Shown: one piece after another, positions 15,185 to 25,093 of the stretch
Position numbering within the stretch: position 1 is the first letter of the stretch
How the letters are laid out: the number at the start of each line of letters is the position of its first letter
Source of the DNA: a virus
Lineage: Duplodnaviria > Caudoviricetes
DNA: 56,045 bases
Strand: one strand, 5' to 3'
IMG/VR virus record: IMGVR_UViG_3300027691_000002
Span: 1 to 56,045 of that record
Program-made: the position numbers and the translations under genes
Notes under the pieces: model-generated
Told to the model about the DNA's origin: nothing
The model's database searches: none
Seen by the model: only the letters and a program-made list of their open reading frames with translations

Positions 15185-17494
15185 ATGGCAAAGGGTCCAG
15201 GAGGCTTCTCTGTAGGCCGTGTATCTATCCAGGTAGTCCCGGATACTTCTAATTTCCGCAAGGAACTACAGGCTAAGCTTAAGAAGGAAATCAAGGGACT
15301 CAAGGTAGAAATCCCTGTCAACGTCAACGCGAAGAAGGCTGTGACTCAGCTCAGGGTTCTTGACCGTGCTGTAAAGCGTCTGAATGGTCGAGAAATCAAT
15401 ATTGGGGCTAAGGTAAATCAGAAGGGCGATCTGGATAGTCTGTCTAAGAGTCTATCCAAGGTAGGCAATGCTGCTTCTGATGCATCTAGTGGCTTCAGTA
15501 GTTTTGGGCGCACAGGCCTTATCGTTGTGGGTGTAGTACTCCTCCTGGCTCCTGCTCTTGCTTTGATTGCCACTCTATTGGCTGGTCTTCCATCTCTGTT
15601 GTTTGCGTTTGGTGGAGCAGCTCTAGCAGTCGGTCTTGGTATTGAAGGAATCAAGAAGGCGGCTAAGGGATTTTCCCCTACTATCGATAGGTTGAAGGCT
15701 AGCCTATCAAAGACTTTTGCAGATCAGCTTACTAAGCCCTTCATCGAGCTGAACAAGCTTGCTCCTGTACTTGATAAGGGCCTTAATGCTATTGCTATCT
15801 CACTGAGTGGCATTGTCAAGGACTTCATCAAGTTTGCTACATCAGCTCAGGGTATGGCTCAGATCAATGAAATACTTCAGAACACTGCTAAGTTCTTCAA
15901 TCAGCTTCGCCCTGCCATTGACAATGGTCTGAGGTCATTGTTCCTCCTTGCTTCAGAGGCATCACAGGAGTTTGGTGGTCTGGCAGCCACTATGAACAGG
16001 TTCTCAGCAAGCTTCCTGGACATGGTCAAGCGGGTCAGCGGTGACGGAACTCTAGGGTCAGCCCTACGTAACCTGAACCTTGTCCTGGACAGCCTCCTAG
16101 AATCTTTTGTCAGGTTCTTTGAGGTTGGCCTAGAAGCAATGACGGTACTGGGTGGTCCTATCACCATCCTGTTTACCGGATTCACTGATGCTATCGTAGC
16201 ACTGATGCCTGTTCTGAATGCTATCTCCAAGCTGGTGTTCGAAGTATTTGGTGAGGCGTTCAAGCAGCTAGCTCCTGTGGTTGAGGCTATCACTCCTGCT
16301 CTAGAAACCCTAGGCAAGCTTCTCAGTACTGTCCTAGTAGGTGCTCTAAGGGTCGTAGGACCTCTTCTGACTCGGGTTGCTGAGATCATGAATCAGGTAT
16401 TCATCAAGGCCTTTGCTGCGATTACTCCTATCATTGATCCTCTGCTTGCCTTCCTGGGTGAACTAGGCGTTATCCTGGCTGAAACACTGCTTCAGGCCTT
16501 CATCCTTCTCACTCCATTCCTGAATCAGTTCTTCAGGTTTGTTTCTGATGTGCTGATTGCAATCACTCCACTAATGCCTGCTCTCCTTGAGCTGGCTACG
16601 GTAGTGTTGAAGTCACTGCTAGATGTGTTCAGGGAAATCAGTCCGGAGTTGTCTCAGCTTACTCAGACTGCCCTGCCAGCACTTCTACAGATCGTCAAGG
16701 ATCTAACCCCTGTACTTATCGAGATCATTGATATCCTTGTTTTGATTCTGCCACCTTTGATTGACTTTGCTAGCACTATTCTGGATGTGGCTATCCCAGC
16801 ACTTCAGAGTATCTGGCAGACGGTTCGAGAAGTGTGGCCATCAATCAAGCAGATCATTGATGGTGCGATGACCTTTATCCAGGGTTTGATTAATGTCGTA
16901 ATGGGTACCATCACCGGTGACGTTGATCGGGCCTGGCAGGGTATCAACCAGATTTTTGAGGGTGCTTGGACTGCCATTAAGGGTGCCGTCAAGGCAGGCA
17001 TCATTGCAGTTCTTGATCTAATCATCGCCTTCCCAGCACGTGTTGTCAATGCGCTTATCGGACTGCCTCAGCAGTTCTTTGAGTCTGGTCGTGCAATGAT
17101 GCGTGGGCTTGCTGATGGTATCAAGAACATGGCTCAGACTGTCATCAACTCAGCTCTGAGTGTGGTAAACCAGGTTCGTGACCTTCTCCCGTTCTCTCCT
17201 GCGAAGACTGGACCTTTCTCTGGTCAGGGCTACACGCTTTATTCTGGTATGGCCTTGATGGAAGACTGGGCTAAGGGTATTGAACAGGGCACTCCTGCTG
17301 CTGTAAAGGCGATGGAGGAAGCTGCGTCTATGGCGCAGGCTGGTCTTGATATCCAGGCAGCCGTCGCTGCTGAAGGATTTGGCGGAATTGGGTTGCAGGT
17401 GGCCAGGGCCATCGAAGGTATGGAAATCAAGGCAGATGGTACACAGATTGCTCGTGTAGTTAACAAGACCAACAACATGAATGCTAGGAGGTAA
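15185..17494 (+). CDS. tape measure protein
   Basis: VGRVSIQVVPDT..FR N-terminus, long Ala/Leu amphipathic repeats, PFSPAKTGPFSG C-terminal motif. Confidence 0.92.
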   Translation: MAKGPGGFSVGRVSIQVVPDTSNFRKELQAKLKKEIKGLKVEIPVNVNAKKAVTQLRVLDRAVKRLNGREINIGAKVNQKGDLDSLSKSLSKVGNAASDASSGFSSFGRTGLIVVGVVLLLAPALALIATLLAGLPSLLFAFGGAALAVGLGIEGIKKAAKGFSPTIDRLKASLSKTFADQLTKPFIELNKLAPVLDKGLNAIAISLSGIVKDFIKFATSAQGMAQINEILQNTAKFFNQLRPAIDNGLRSLFLLASEASQEFGGLAATMNRFSASFLDMVKRVSGDGTLGSALRNLNLVLDSLLESFVRFFEVGLEAMTVLGGPITILFTGFTDAIVALMPVLNAISKLVFEVFGEAFKQLAPVVEAITPALETLGKLLSTVLVGALRVVGPLLTRVAEIMNQVFIKAFAAITPIIDPLLAFLGELGVILAETLLQAFILLTPFLNQFFRFVSDVLIAITPLMPALLELATVVLKSLLDVFREISPELSQLTQTALPALLQIVKDLTPVLIEIIDILVLILPPLIDFASTILDVAIPALQSIWQTVREVWPSIKQIIDGAMTFIQGLINVVMGTITGDVDRAWQGINQIFEGAWTAIKGAVKAGIIAVLDLIIAFPARVVNALIGLPQQFFESGRAMMRGLADGIKNMAQTVINSALSVVNQVRDLLPFSPAKTGPFSGQGYTLYSGMALMEDWAKGIEQGTPAAVKAMEEAASMAQAGLDIQAAVAAEGFGGIGLQVARAIEGMEIKADGTQIARVVNKTNNMNARR

Positions 17495-17496
17495 CC

Positions 17497-18339
17497 ATGG
17501 CAGGCGAATGGTATTTGGGTCCTGCCGGGGACCTTCGTGCACTAGAATGTCCTGAACGAGATGTAAATGTTTCTGACGTGCGTTATGGTGGCGTCCATCA
17601 GGGTCTTTCAGGGGCTCGTACGGTGGACGTCACTGGCGTCAAGATGCAGATTGATATGACCCTTCCTTACCTGGAAGAAGATGATTATCTGTGGCTTGAA
17701 GCTATGCATGTAAGGCACATCCCAGGCCCAGTATATCTGATCAACCCACTCAAGAAGAACCTTCTCAGCAAGGAAGCTTCTATGAGTAACACGTCATACT
17801 TTGCGGGTCCTGGTGTGTATTCTCCTACTGCTGGGTACACCCATAACTGGGAATGGGAAGACTCCTACCCCTCAGGAGTACCGGGTGTGCGATCAGTAAA
17901 GCGTACTGGTCTTCCTGGGACATCAGTGACCTACAATATTGATGACGTCAAGCGCGTGCCTGTCACAGTCGGAACTACCTACGATTTCTCGGCTTACATG
18001 AAGGCTGATTCGGCTAAGACCGTAACGTTTGGTATTGGGTGGTTCGACAAGGATGCAGGGTTCCTGTCTATCACTTCGTCAGCCAAGTCTGTAACTACCT
18101 CATGGACTAGGTTTGATGTGTCAGGAACGGCTCCTGCGTCTGCGGCGTTGGCATTGCCTTTCTGGATCTCAACCACCAACGTATCTTTTACTTCTACTGC
18201 TCTTCAGTTCGAAGTAGGATCTTCACCTACAACTTGGCAATTGGGTGGAGGATCTATGCTGGTCTTTATTGATCAGATGCCAACCACTTCCCCTAGGTTT
18301 CCTCTAAGGAATTGCTCATTGACACTACTAGAAGCTTAA
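17497..18339 (+). CDS. distal tail / minor tail protein with carbohydrate-binding-like insert
   Basis: follows TMP; VPVTVGTTYDFSAYMK..WFD..WTRF.V CBM-like segment. Confidence 0.7.
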   Translation: MAGEWYLGPAGDLRALECPERDVNVSDVRYGGVHQGLSGARTVDVTGVKMQIDMTLPYLEEDDYLWLEAMHVRHIPGPVYLINPLKKNLLSKEASMSNTSYFAGPGVYSPTAGYTHNWEWEDSYPSGVPGVRSVKRTGLPGTSVTYNIDDVKRVPVTVGTTYDFSAYMKADSAKTVTFGIGWFDKDAGFLSITSSAKSVTTSWTRFDVSGTAPASAALALPFWISTTNVSFTSTALQFEVGSSPTTWQLGGGSMLVFIDQMPTTSPRFPLRNCSLTLLEA

Positions 18340-18349
18340 GGACTAATAC

Positions 18350-20791
18350 ATGCAGACTCACGGCGGGGCAGATGCTGAGGTAGCAGTTACCTCACCTGAG
18401 CGCAAGTTTCACCATAGGTTTCTGGTTGACTGGAACCGTAATGGGCTATACACCCATGCACTTTCGGACATGTCCAAGTATGTAGAATCAGCTCGCACCG
18501 ACAGGTCCTTGAGTGGTAGTGCCCCTCAGAGCCTGACTCTTGTAGAGGGAGCCGCAGCTGCTGAATTGGTTGTGTCTATCGGTGGTCAGTATTCAACTGA
18601 TTATTCCATCGCAGATATCTTCAGCCCATATCAGGTTAACTCTCCCTTTTGGGGAATGGATCTTATCGGTGTGGAATGCACCTTTGAGATTGGCTTGGAG
18701 ACTGCGACCTCTATTGTATGGTATCCACAGTTTGTGGGTAACATCCGCACCATCTCACCAGACCGAGGCGACTTCAACGTAGAGATTCGTGCGCTTGACC
18801 GAGTTGAACTACTAAGGCGACCTGTCAAGTTTCCTAAGTGGGCTATGTTCCAATACCAGGCGGAAACTGAGAACTCTGTGGTCTCACAGCTATGTGATTC
18901 CCAGTGGGTTATCGACCACTGCCTGCGTAAGTCGAACATCTCTCCCACTCCTTCACGTCCTATGACTCCAGAAGAGCGTGGACTTCCTGACAATGACCCA
19001 ACCAGGTGTCAGGTTTGGGTGACTGGAACTGGGTCTTATCTGCCTACCCATGGGTTCCTGGACAACTGGCAGACGCAGAAGTTCCCCAACGATGATGCTG
19101 ACTTTGAGATGTATACCCCCTACGGGGCTCAGCACCCAGACAACCCTGATGCTGACAAGTTCCCTCTTGCACTCTCGGGTGTCCAGGACGGATATGGCAA
19201 TCAGGTAATCTACTGGTCTGAGGACCGTGAGAAGATTAATCCAGGTGCACTACAGATTCTAGGATTCACACTAGTCACTCAGGATGATGCTACCGGAACC
19301 GACTACTACCTCACCGCACCTGACCAGATGGTGATGTCCGTAGAGTTTGGTGACAATTACTTTGGTGAGATCTGGATTGGGGCTGGACAGACTTGGGGTA
19401 GGTGGGCTAACCGCATCACTCTAGAATCATTCACTACCTCAAGGGTGAACATCCCTTCCGGTCAGAATTATGTCAAGATTGACTTTGTGGTTGATGCATT
19501 CCATGCTTCAGGTCTACGTGCTTTCCTTAGCGCAGGCTCCAACTCTACGGGTGCTTCGTGGTCGATCCTGACCACCCCAAGGTCTTTCTCAGGCAGCAAC
19601 TGGGATTACAAGGGATACTGTACTGTCATTCATCGTGTTCCTTTGAACGATGCATACTACACTGGAACCAACTTTGGCTCTGGCGGAATCACTCCACAGG
19701 ATTGGATCAGCTCTTTCGGCTCGGTGTCTGCTGAGTATTGTGCGGTTCTTGACTCAGGAGCAAACCGATTCTCGTACATGCCAGTAGTGGATGTAGATGA
19801 TGCATGGGAGCTAATGAGGGAAGTCGCATCTGCTGAGTTTGGGTCTATCTTCTGGGATGAATCTGGCATCTTCAGGTTCTGGAACTATGAAACCATCCAG
19901 ATGATGCAGAACAATCCGGTAAGGTCTATCAACCTAGACCAGCTGACCGGGTTGAGGTTTACCAACTGGTCTGACTCTATTCGAAACATCATTACTGTAG
20001 AGGCTACTGACCGTAGGTCTCTAGGTACCATGATCTTTGAGAGTCAGAGTGAGTGGGACTTCTACATCCCTGGTGGAACCCGTCGTGAGTGGCGATTTAG
20101 TGTCCCTGACATGCAGACTCATTCCCCTGAGAGTCCTCCTAGGTACGAGACCATCACGGGTAGCTTCCCTACTCTGACCGACGCAATCATTCATTCGTAT
20201 GTTCCTCAGTGGTTGCACAACAACGGATCATTCTTTGAGGATGACTCGTTTGTGAGTGGCCTTGACATTGACCAGTGGATTGATTTCGAGGGAAACCTTG
20301 TGTTGTCGATCTACAATGGGTACAAGGAACCAGCTCGTCTGTGGTCTGATGCGGGTGACCCAGGACTGAGGATTTCAGGAACCAAGCTGCTGCCTATCAC
20401 TGCGAAGACCTACACCTATAAGGATGTAGCTTCCGCCAACAAGTATGGTGGTCGTAACCTTCAGTTGTCAGGGCCCTGGTATCAGGAATACCACAACCAG
20501 CAGGGCGGTATCAGTCGTCTTCTGAACGTAACCAAGGACCCAGTCCCTGACACTGAGAACATCACGCTTGCGGGAGACCCTCGCATTCAGCTAGGTGATA
20601 CTTATCGTGTGTCTGACGAGGCTGGATTTGGTAAGCGGTTTGATATGCAGGTATTTGGTATCACTCGTATGTATGAAGTCAACTCAGGTCTGACTGACAC
20701 CTATGCAGTCAAGCTAATCAAGACCCCTGGTGGTATCTGGGATGATGCTCAGTATGGCATCTGGGGATCTACTTTCATCTGGGGCAATTAG
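18350..20791 (+). CDS. minor tail protein (baseplate hub / Tal-like)
   Basis: 813 aa; EFGSIFWDESGIFRFW and GDPRIQLGD motifs; synteny. Confidence 0.75.
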   Translation: MQTHGGADAEVAVTSPERKFHHRFLVDWNRNGLYTHALSDMSKYVESARTDRSLSGSAPQSLTLVEGAAAAELVVSIGGQYSTDYSIADIFSPYQVNSPFWGMDLIGVECTFEIGLETATSIVWYPQFVGNIRTISPDRGDFNVEIRALDRVELLRRPVKFPKWAMFQYQAETENSVVSQLCDSQWVIDHCLRKSNISPTPSRPMTPEERGLPDNDPTRCQVWVTGTGSYLPTHGFLDNWQTQKFPNDDADFEMYTPYGAQHPDNPDADKFPLALSGVQDGYGNQVIYWSEDREKINPGALQILGFTLVTQDDATGTDYYLTAPDQMVMSVEFGDNYFGEIWIGAGQTWGRWANRITLESFTTSRVNIPSGQNYVKIDFVVDAFHASGLRAFLSAGSNSTGASWSILTTPRSFSGSNWDYKGYCTVIHRVPLNDAYYTGTNFGSGGITPQDWISSFGSVSAEYCAVLDSGANRFSYMPVVDVDDAWELMREVASAEFGSIFWDESGIFRFWNYETIQMMQNNPVRSINLDQLTGLRFTNWSDSIRNIITVEATDRRSLGTMIFESQSEWDFYIPGGTRREWRFSVPDMQTHSPESPPRYETITGSFPTLTDAIIHSYVPQWLHNNGSFFEDDSFVSGLDIDQWIDFEGNLVLSIYNGYKEPARLWSDAGDPGLRISGTKLLPITAKTYTYKDVASANKYGGRNLQLSGPWYQEYHNQQGGISRLLNVTKDPVPDTENITLAGDPRIQLGDTYRVSDEAGFGKRFDMQVFGITRMYEVNSGLTDTYAVKLIKTPGGIWDDAQYGIWGSTFIWGN

Positions 20792-20817
20792 GACCCCTTA
20801 ACCACTAAGGAGTTTCT

Positions 20818-21399
20818 ATGCCTTTTGTTCCTATGGCTTATGCGGTTGCTGGACAGATCGCTTCGTCTACCGAGTACAATAAGGTTGTTGACAACGTCAA
20901 TGACTTGGATGCTCGTGTGACTGGTCTGTCCATGACTAGGCCTTACGTTCATGTATACCAGTCTAGTACCGGTACCCAAAGCATTGCTAACACCACTGCT
21001 ACTGCTATCAACTTCAATGCTGAGGTTATTGACAATCCTTCAGGTACAGGATTTCACTCTACTGTATCTAATATCTCTAGGATTGTCCCTACGGTAGCAG
21101 GTAGGTATTTTGTGTGGGGTAGCGTGTGCTTCCCTGCGTCGGGTACTGGTTCGTTCCTGGCTCAGATCAGGAAGAATGGTGCAGTACTTCTGGGTGCAGC
21201 CCCATATCAGGACAAGCAGCTCTATACCTCAGGGTTTGTAGCGTTGTCTGCGCAGTGTCATGCGACTGTGTTCTGTAACGGAACCACCGATTACTTTGAA
21301 CTGTGGACCAACCAGAACTCAGGTGGGTCTCTTACAACCTTTAGTAATGCTACTGATCAGCATTCAGCACTAATCGCCTTTTATCTAGGCGCATCATAA
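20818..21399 (+). CDS. minor tail / receptor-binding protein
   Basis: beta-rich C1q/TNF-like pattern (AINFNAEVID, PTVAGRYFV, GTTDYFEL). Confidence 0.65.
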   Translation: MPFVPMAYAVAGQIASSTEYNKVVDNVNDLDARVTGLSMTRPYVHVYQSSTGTQSIANTTATAINFNAEVIDNPSGTGFHSTVSNISRIVPTVAGRYFVWGSVCFPASGTGSFLAQIRKNGAVLLGAAPYQDKQLYTSGFVALSAQCHATVFCNGTTDYFELWTNQNSGGSLTTFSNATDQHSALIAFYLGAS

Positions 21400-21415
21400 A
21401 GACCGGGAGATAAGG

Positions 21416-21703
21416 GTGAGTGAACCAGTGCACCAGATTGGTATTACCGAGTTGTACAACGAGATTAGAGCATTGAGCGAGAGATTCACCGAATACATGT
21501 CTAGACATAGTGTTGAGTCTACCTCAATGAATCACAAGGTTAGTGAGCTAGAAAAGGATTTGGCCGAAGTCAAGGCTGACCTCAAGGCGGAGCATGTCAG
21601 GCGTAGCAATACTGCTTGGCAGATGAAGCTTGCCGTTGCCTCATCACTGATCTTTCCTATCATCGTTGGTGTTGTTGTAGCCCTCATTGTATCGAAGGGA
21701 TAA
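21416..21703 (+). CDS. membrane protein (lysis-associated)
   Basis: coiled coil plus one C-terminal TM helix; directly before the holin. Confidence 0.6.
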   Translation: MSEPVHQIGITELYNEIRALSERFTEYMSRHSVESTSMNHKVSELEKDLAEVKADLKAEHVRRSNTAWQMKLAVASSLIFPIIVGVVVALIVSKG

Positions 21704-21710
21704 GATATTC

Positions 21711-21926
21711 ATGCTAACCAAGGCATACTGGACTAGACTAGCCGAAGACCTATGGACTGGTTTCATTACTGGTGTCGGTACCATCGTTCTTCTGGCTGGG
21801 TTTGATGTCTTCACCGCAGACTGGAAGGCTGTTCTAGGAGCTGGTCTGACTGGTGCTGTAGTTGCGGCTGTCAAGGCGGCTGTTGCTACGCCACTAGGCG
21901 CGGTAGATTCACCTCGTGTGAAGTAA
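21711..21926 (+). CDS. holin (r1t-like)
   Basis: MLTKAYW...AE, two hydrophobic segments, DWKAVLG motif. Confidence 0.75.
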   Translation: MLTKAYWTRLAEDLWTGFITGVGTIVLLAGFDVFTADWKAVLGAGLTGAVVAAVKAAVATPLGAVDSPRVK

Positions 21927-21987
21927 AGAAGAACCGAGTTGTACAAGAAGAGGCGCAAGAAGAAGCGTCCAAAGAAGTAACCTTAGT

Positions 21988-22016
21988 GCCCCCTCCGAAA
22001 GGAGGGGGTCTTTTTC
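21988..22016 (+). terminator. terminator at the convergence of the two genome arms
   Basis: GCCCCCTCC-GAAA-GGAGGGGGT followed by CTTTTTC. Confidence 0.85.
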
Positions 22017-22125
22017 TATGCTTTCATGAATCTCCACAGAATGACAAACAACCAGAGACCACCAGTAAGGATTATCATCATGAGGTGATACCAGAACCCA
22101 CCCTTGATCCTCCTGTGGTATCTCC

Positions 22126-22536
22126 TCACAACAGAATCTCTGCTTCATAGACAACGCGGTTCAGGCTGTCCGGCGTAACCACCCTGCTGATTCCCACTGC
22201 CTGAATGGCCTTGAGACAGCCGTAGCAGGCCTCTCGGGTGATGTAGAGGGTAGAGTCAGGGAGGTCACTTCTGTCACAGTACAAAAGTGCGTTCAGCTCT
22301 GCGTGGATGGCAACACAGTTGGAGTAGCAGGAACCAGGAGCCACATCTGAAGTTCTCCTAGGGCATGAGCTACATCCCTCCATACCTGCTGGGCTTCCGT
22401 TGTATCCTGTGGATCTGATTCTACGGTCGCTGCCAACGACAACTGCACCGACTTTGTCACGTTCGCAGTCACTTCGTAATGAAACTGCTTCTGCAATCCC
22501 GAGGAAGTACTCCTCCCAAGATGGTCGCTCATTCAA
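22126..22536 (-). CDS. dCMP deaminase
   Basis: RPSWEEYFL, VGAVVV, TGYNGSP, HAELNAL and CYGC zinc motifs. Confidence 0.9.
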   Translation of the reverse strand: MNERPSWEEYFLGIAEAVSLRSDCERDKVGAVVVGSDRRIRSTGYNGSPAGMEGCSSCPRRTSDVAPGSCYSNCVAIHAELNALLYCDRSDLPDSTLYITREACYGCLKAIQAVGISRVVTPDSLNRVVYEAEILL

Positions 22537-22623
22537 TTATCTCCTCCTACCTGCAATCTGGGCAGACACTTACTCCACCAATGATACAATCACTACGACT
22601 GCACCTCTTACAGTCTACACAAT

Positions 22624-22857
22624 TCACAACTCCCCCAGATCAATCTTCATGAACTCATAGGGATCAATATGAACCAGGGAATCTGCCCTACCATCCCGAG
22701 AACGAGTCACCTCAAACTCAGACAGAGACACTCCTTCAGCCAGCTGCTTTTCCAGAAACTTGGTTGCTTGATATTTCCTGGTAGTCTGGATTCTGGTCTG
22801 CTCTTCCTGCCCTAGTTGCACATCACCCTGTTTAACCTGGTAGATATACCCTGACAT
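22624..22857 (-). CDS. hypothetical protein
   Basis: ORF abutting neighbours in the leftward operon. Confidence 0.6.
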   Translation of the reverse strand: MSGYIYQVKQGDVQLGQEEQTRIQTTRKYQATKFLEKQLAEGVSLSEFEVTRSRDGRADSLVHIDPYEFMKIDLGEL

Positions 22858-23117
22858 TATTCGTCATGCTCCACATCTTCTCGGATCAGCCTCATGTGTT
22901 CAATAGCAGGATCGTCGATGTCTTCTTCCCACCTTTTTCCTGCTATGCTCAGATTGCGATCATCTCGCCTGATGGCTTCAATATCATCGTCTTCGTCGTC
23001 CTTCTTCTTACCCATCATTTTCCTCCATAGCCTTACGAAGCTTCTCAGCTTCCTCCTGCTGCTTAGCTTTTTCAATGGCTTCCTGCATGAGCTGAAGGTT
23101 CAGATCATCCATGTCAC

Positions 23118-23639
23118 TCACCAGTCAACACCTCCACGAGCAAAATTCATGATGGAATCATAAGCCTTCTTGGTCCACCTTGCATCTTCAAGTGCATGAT
23201 GCTCAGTGCTGTCCTGTTTAGGGAATTCATAATATCCCCAACCTTCGTTATGAAGCATAGCCTTCAACTGTCGGATATCCTGAGTAAACCAAGGAACACC
23301 ATCAGGCATGTCTACCATTCGGCCAAACAGCTGGGCCAGAACAACATGGTCGTAGGCTGAGTAGTATCCCCACAACTCGTTGTTGAACTCAGAACCATCC
23401 TTGGTGATAAACTTCCTGACCATGTCAGCAATCTTCTTGGGGTGCTTGAGCGTGTCTCCGCCGACAAGATGAGGCTTAACATTCTCCCAAAGCCAGTGGT
23501 TGTTCGGGACGAAGTTTTCCCAGACAAATGTGCTGCTCTCCAAGTACAGCTCACGTCCATCTTCGGCCACAATGCCGATAGAAATCAAATGGATACGTTC
23601 GCCATCCTCGTAAAACTCAGTGTCATACCAGTACTTCAT
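23118..23639 (-). CDS. DEDDh 3'-5' exoribonuclease (Rv2179c / RNase AS-like)
   Basis: YDTEF, LISIGIVAEDG, YYSAYDHV.LAQLFG.M..P and HHALEDARW motifs. Confidence 0.85.
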   Translation of the reverse strand: MKYWYDTEFYEDGERIHLISIGIVAEDGRELYLESSTFVWENFVPNNHWLWENVKPHLVGGDTLKHPKKIADMVRKFITKDGSEFNNELWGYYSAYDHVVLAQLFGRMVDMPDGVPWFTQDIRQLKAMLHNEGWGYYEFPKQDSTEHHALEDARWTKKAYDSIMNFARGGVDW

Positions 23640-23831
23640 TTAGCGCCTCTTTCCTGGATAGTTGTCCCCGTCTACACCAGCAATGTTGTTGTCAACCCAG
23701 CTTGTAATGAACTGGTTGGACTGGACTGCTCCGCATATACTACAGGACCAGTACCTTCGAATCTTGTGGTGGTCTCCGCTCCCCTCATCTCGATCATCAA
23801 CATCTTTACTGTTGCAGGTATGGTCACTCAT
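23640..23831 (-). CDS. small HxC..CxxC zinc-finger protein
   Basis: MSDHTCN...CSICG; resembles 24259-24420. Confidence 0.55.
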   Translation of the reverse strand: MSDHTCNSKDVDDRDEGSGDHHKIRRYWSCSICGAVQSNQFITSWVDNNIAGVDGDNYPGKRR

Positions 23832-24076
23832 ACAACCTCCACTGCGCCATAAGGACGCTTTACAATACGAAATTCCCGGTCGTGACTGCGGTTGTATCCG
23901 TACCTAGTGGCCTTCATCTGCGCAAGTGCGTTGTTTACGCTCTTCAATGCAGGATACCATGCATCCTCAGAGAATCGGTTGGTGTAGATGTAGTGCCACG
24001 AAGTGGTGTCCTTATTCCACTCCGTCTCATTACGCCACCTATACTGAATGTTATATTCGTAGCCTTCAATTTCCAT
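23828..24076 (-). CDS. hypothetical protein
   Basis: coupled ORF in operon. Confidence 0.6.
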   Translation of the reverse strand: MEIEGYEYNIQYRWRNETEWNKDTTSWHYIYTNRFSEDAWYPALKSVNNALAQMKATRYGYNRSHDREFRIVKRPYGAVEVV

Positions 24077-24251
24077 CAGTCACATCCTCAAAGTCGATGA
24101 TAATCTCTTCATCCCATTCGGGGTATTCCAGGTTCATAAAAGCAGCAGGGTCCTGAAGGAAATTATTGGCCATACCATCTACGTCCCTGCCCGTCAGTTC
24201 TTCACTTGCCCAACTGAATTCGTAGACCACAGTCATCCTGATTCTTTTCAT
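24066..24251 (-). CDS. hypothetical acidic protein
   Basis: coupled ORF with RBS. Confidence 0.55.
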   Translation of the reverse strand: MKRIRMTVVYEFSWASEELTGRDVDGMANNFLQDPAAFMNLEYPEWDEEIIIDFEDVTDGN

Positions 24252-24258
24252 GCATCCC

Positions 24259-24420
24259 TCACTCCTCTACAAGTCCTTGAGATAACTTGCTGGCAAGCTT
24301 ACCGCAGATATCACAGGTCTTTGTCTGCCAGACTTGGTAGGTCTTCTTACCTCCAGGCTCAACCCGGATCAGATCCCTTGTATCTGAGGCCATGTCCGCG
24401 TTACACACGTGATCTGCCAC
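24259..24420 (-). CDS. small HxC..CxxC zinc-finger protein (below ORF-track cutoff)
   Basis: GTG start overlapping the upstream stop; MADHVCNAD...TCDICGK. Confidence 0.55.
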   Translation of the reverse strand: MADHVCNADMASDTRDLIRVEPGGKKTYQVWQTKTCDICGKLASKLSQGLVEE

Positions 24421-24977
24421 TAGATATCCTCCTCAGAGTCCCACCAAAATACTCCAAGGGTAGAGCCCTTGAAAGCCATGCACTTACCCATTACCTCATG
24501 CATCTCATCGAACGTCCAGTGCTTGAGATGAGTCTCATAGGGGTTACCGTTGACCTCACCTTGTGGTGCATGAACGATGGGAATACTCACAAGAACCCAC
24601 CTGAAGTGCTGCTTCGCCCGTAGGATGATTTGTCTAGCATCGTCCTCAGGCATGTGCTCAAGGACATCACCAAAGATAATCAGCCTGTTCTTATTGTCTG
24701 CCATGGATACGGTATAGGGAACAAAGGTAATGTTTCGAACATCCTTGTTGACAATCAGATCGTACTTACTGGTCAAGTCGTATTCAGCGATATAAGGCGC
24801 CCACACTTCGATGCCAACCCAGTAATGCATGTTTCCGTTAGGCCACACGTACGTCTCACCCTCAACTAGATCCCAGTAGGTGCCCTCTCCAGGACCGATG
24901 TCAACAATCTCTGCTGGATTGTGATGCTGAATAAGCAGCTTGGAGATTAGTTTACCTTGCTTATCGCTTGTTGGCAC
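24420..24977 (-). CDS. class I SAM-dependent methyltransferase
   Basis: IVDIGPGEG motif I, GIEVW, IIFGDVLEHM. Confidence 0.85.
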   Translation of the reverse strand: MPTSDKQGKLISKLLIQHHNPAEIVDIGPGEGTYWDLVEGETYVWPNGNMHYWVGIEVWAPYIAEYDLTSKYDLIVNKDVRNITFVPYTVSMADNKNRLIIFGDVLEHMPEDDARQIILRAKQHFRWVLVSIPIVHAPQGEVNGNPYETHLKHWTFDEMHEVMGKCMAFKGSTLGVFWWDSEEDI

Positions 24978-25093
24978 TACTCACCTCGCTACTTGTTGTT
25001 GATGCACTCGGGGTCACTGCATCGCATAACTGTTTGGATGGTGGTTTCGTTGCCATCCTTGTCGGTAATCGTGGTATCAATCCACTGACACAT

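Noticed and set aside
22126-22536. TadA-like tRNA deaminase for the A34 tRNAs
   Set aside because: Motifs (RPSW..YF, TGYNG.P) fit dCMP deaminase, which also fits thyX and nrdJ; not formally excluded
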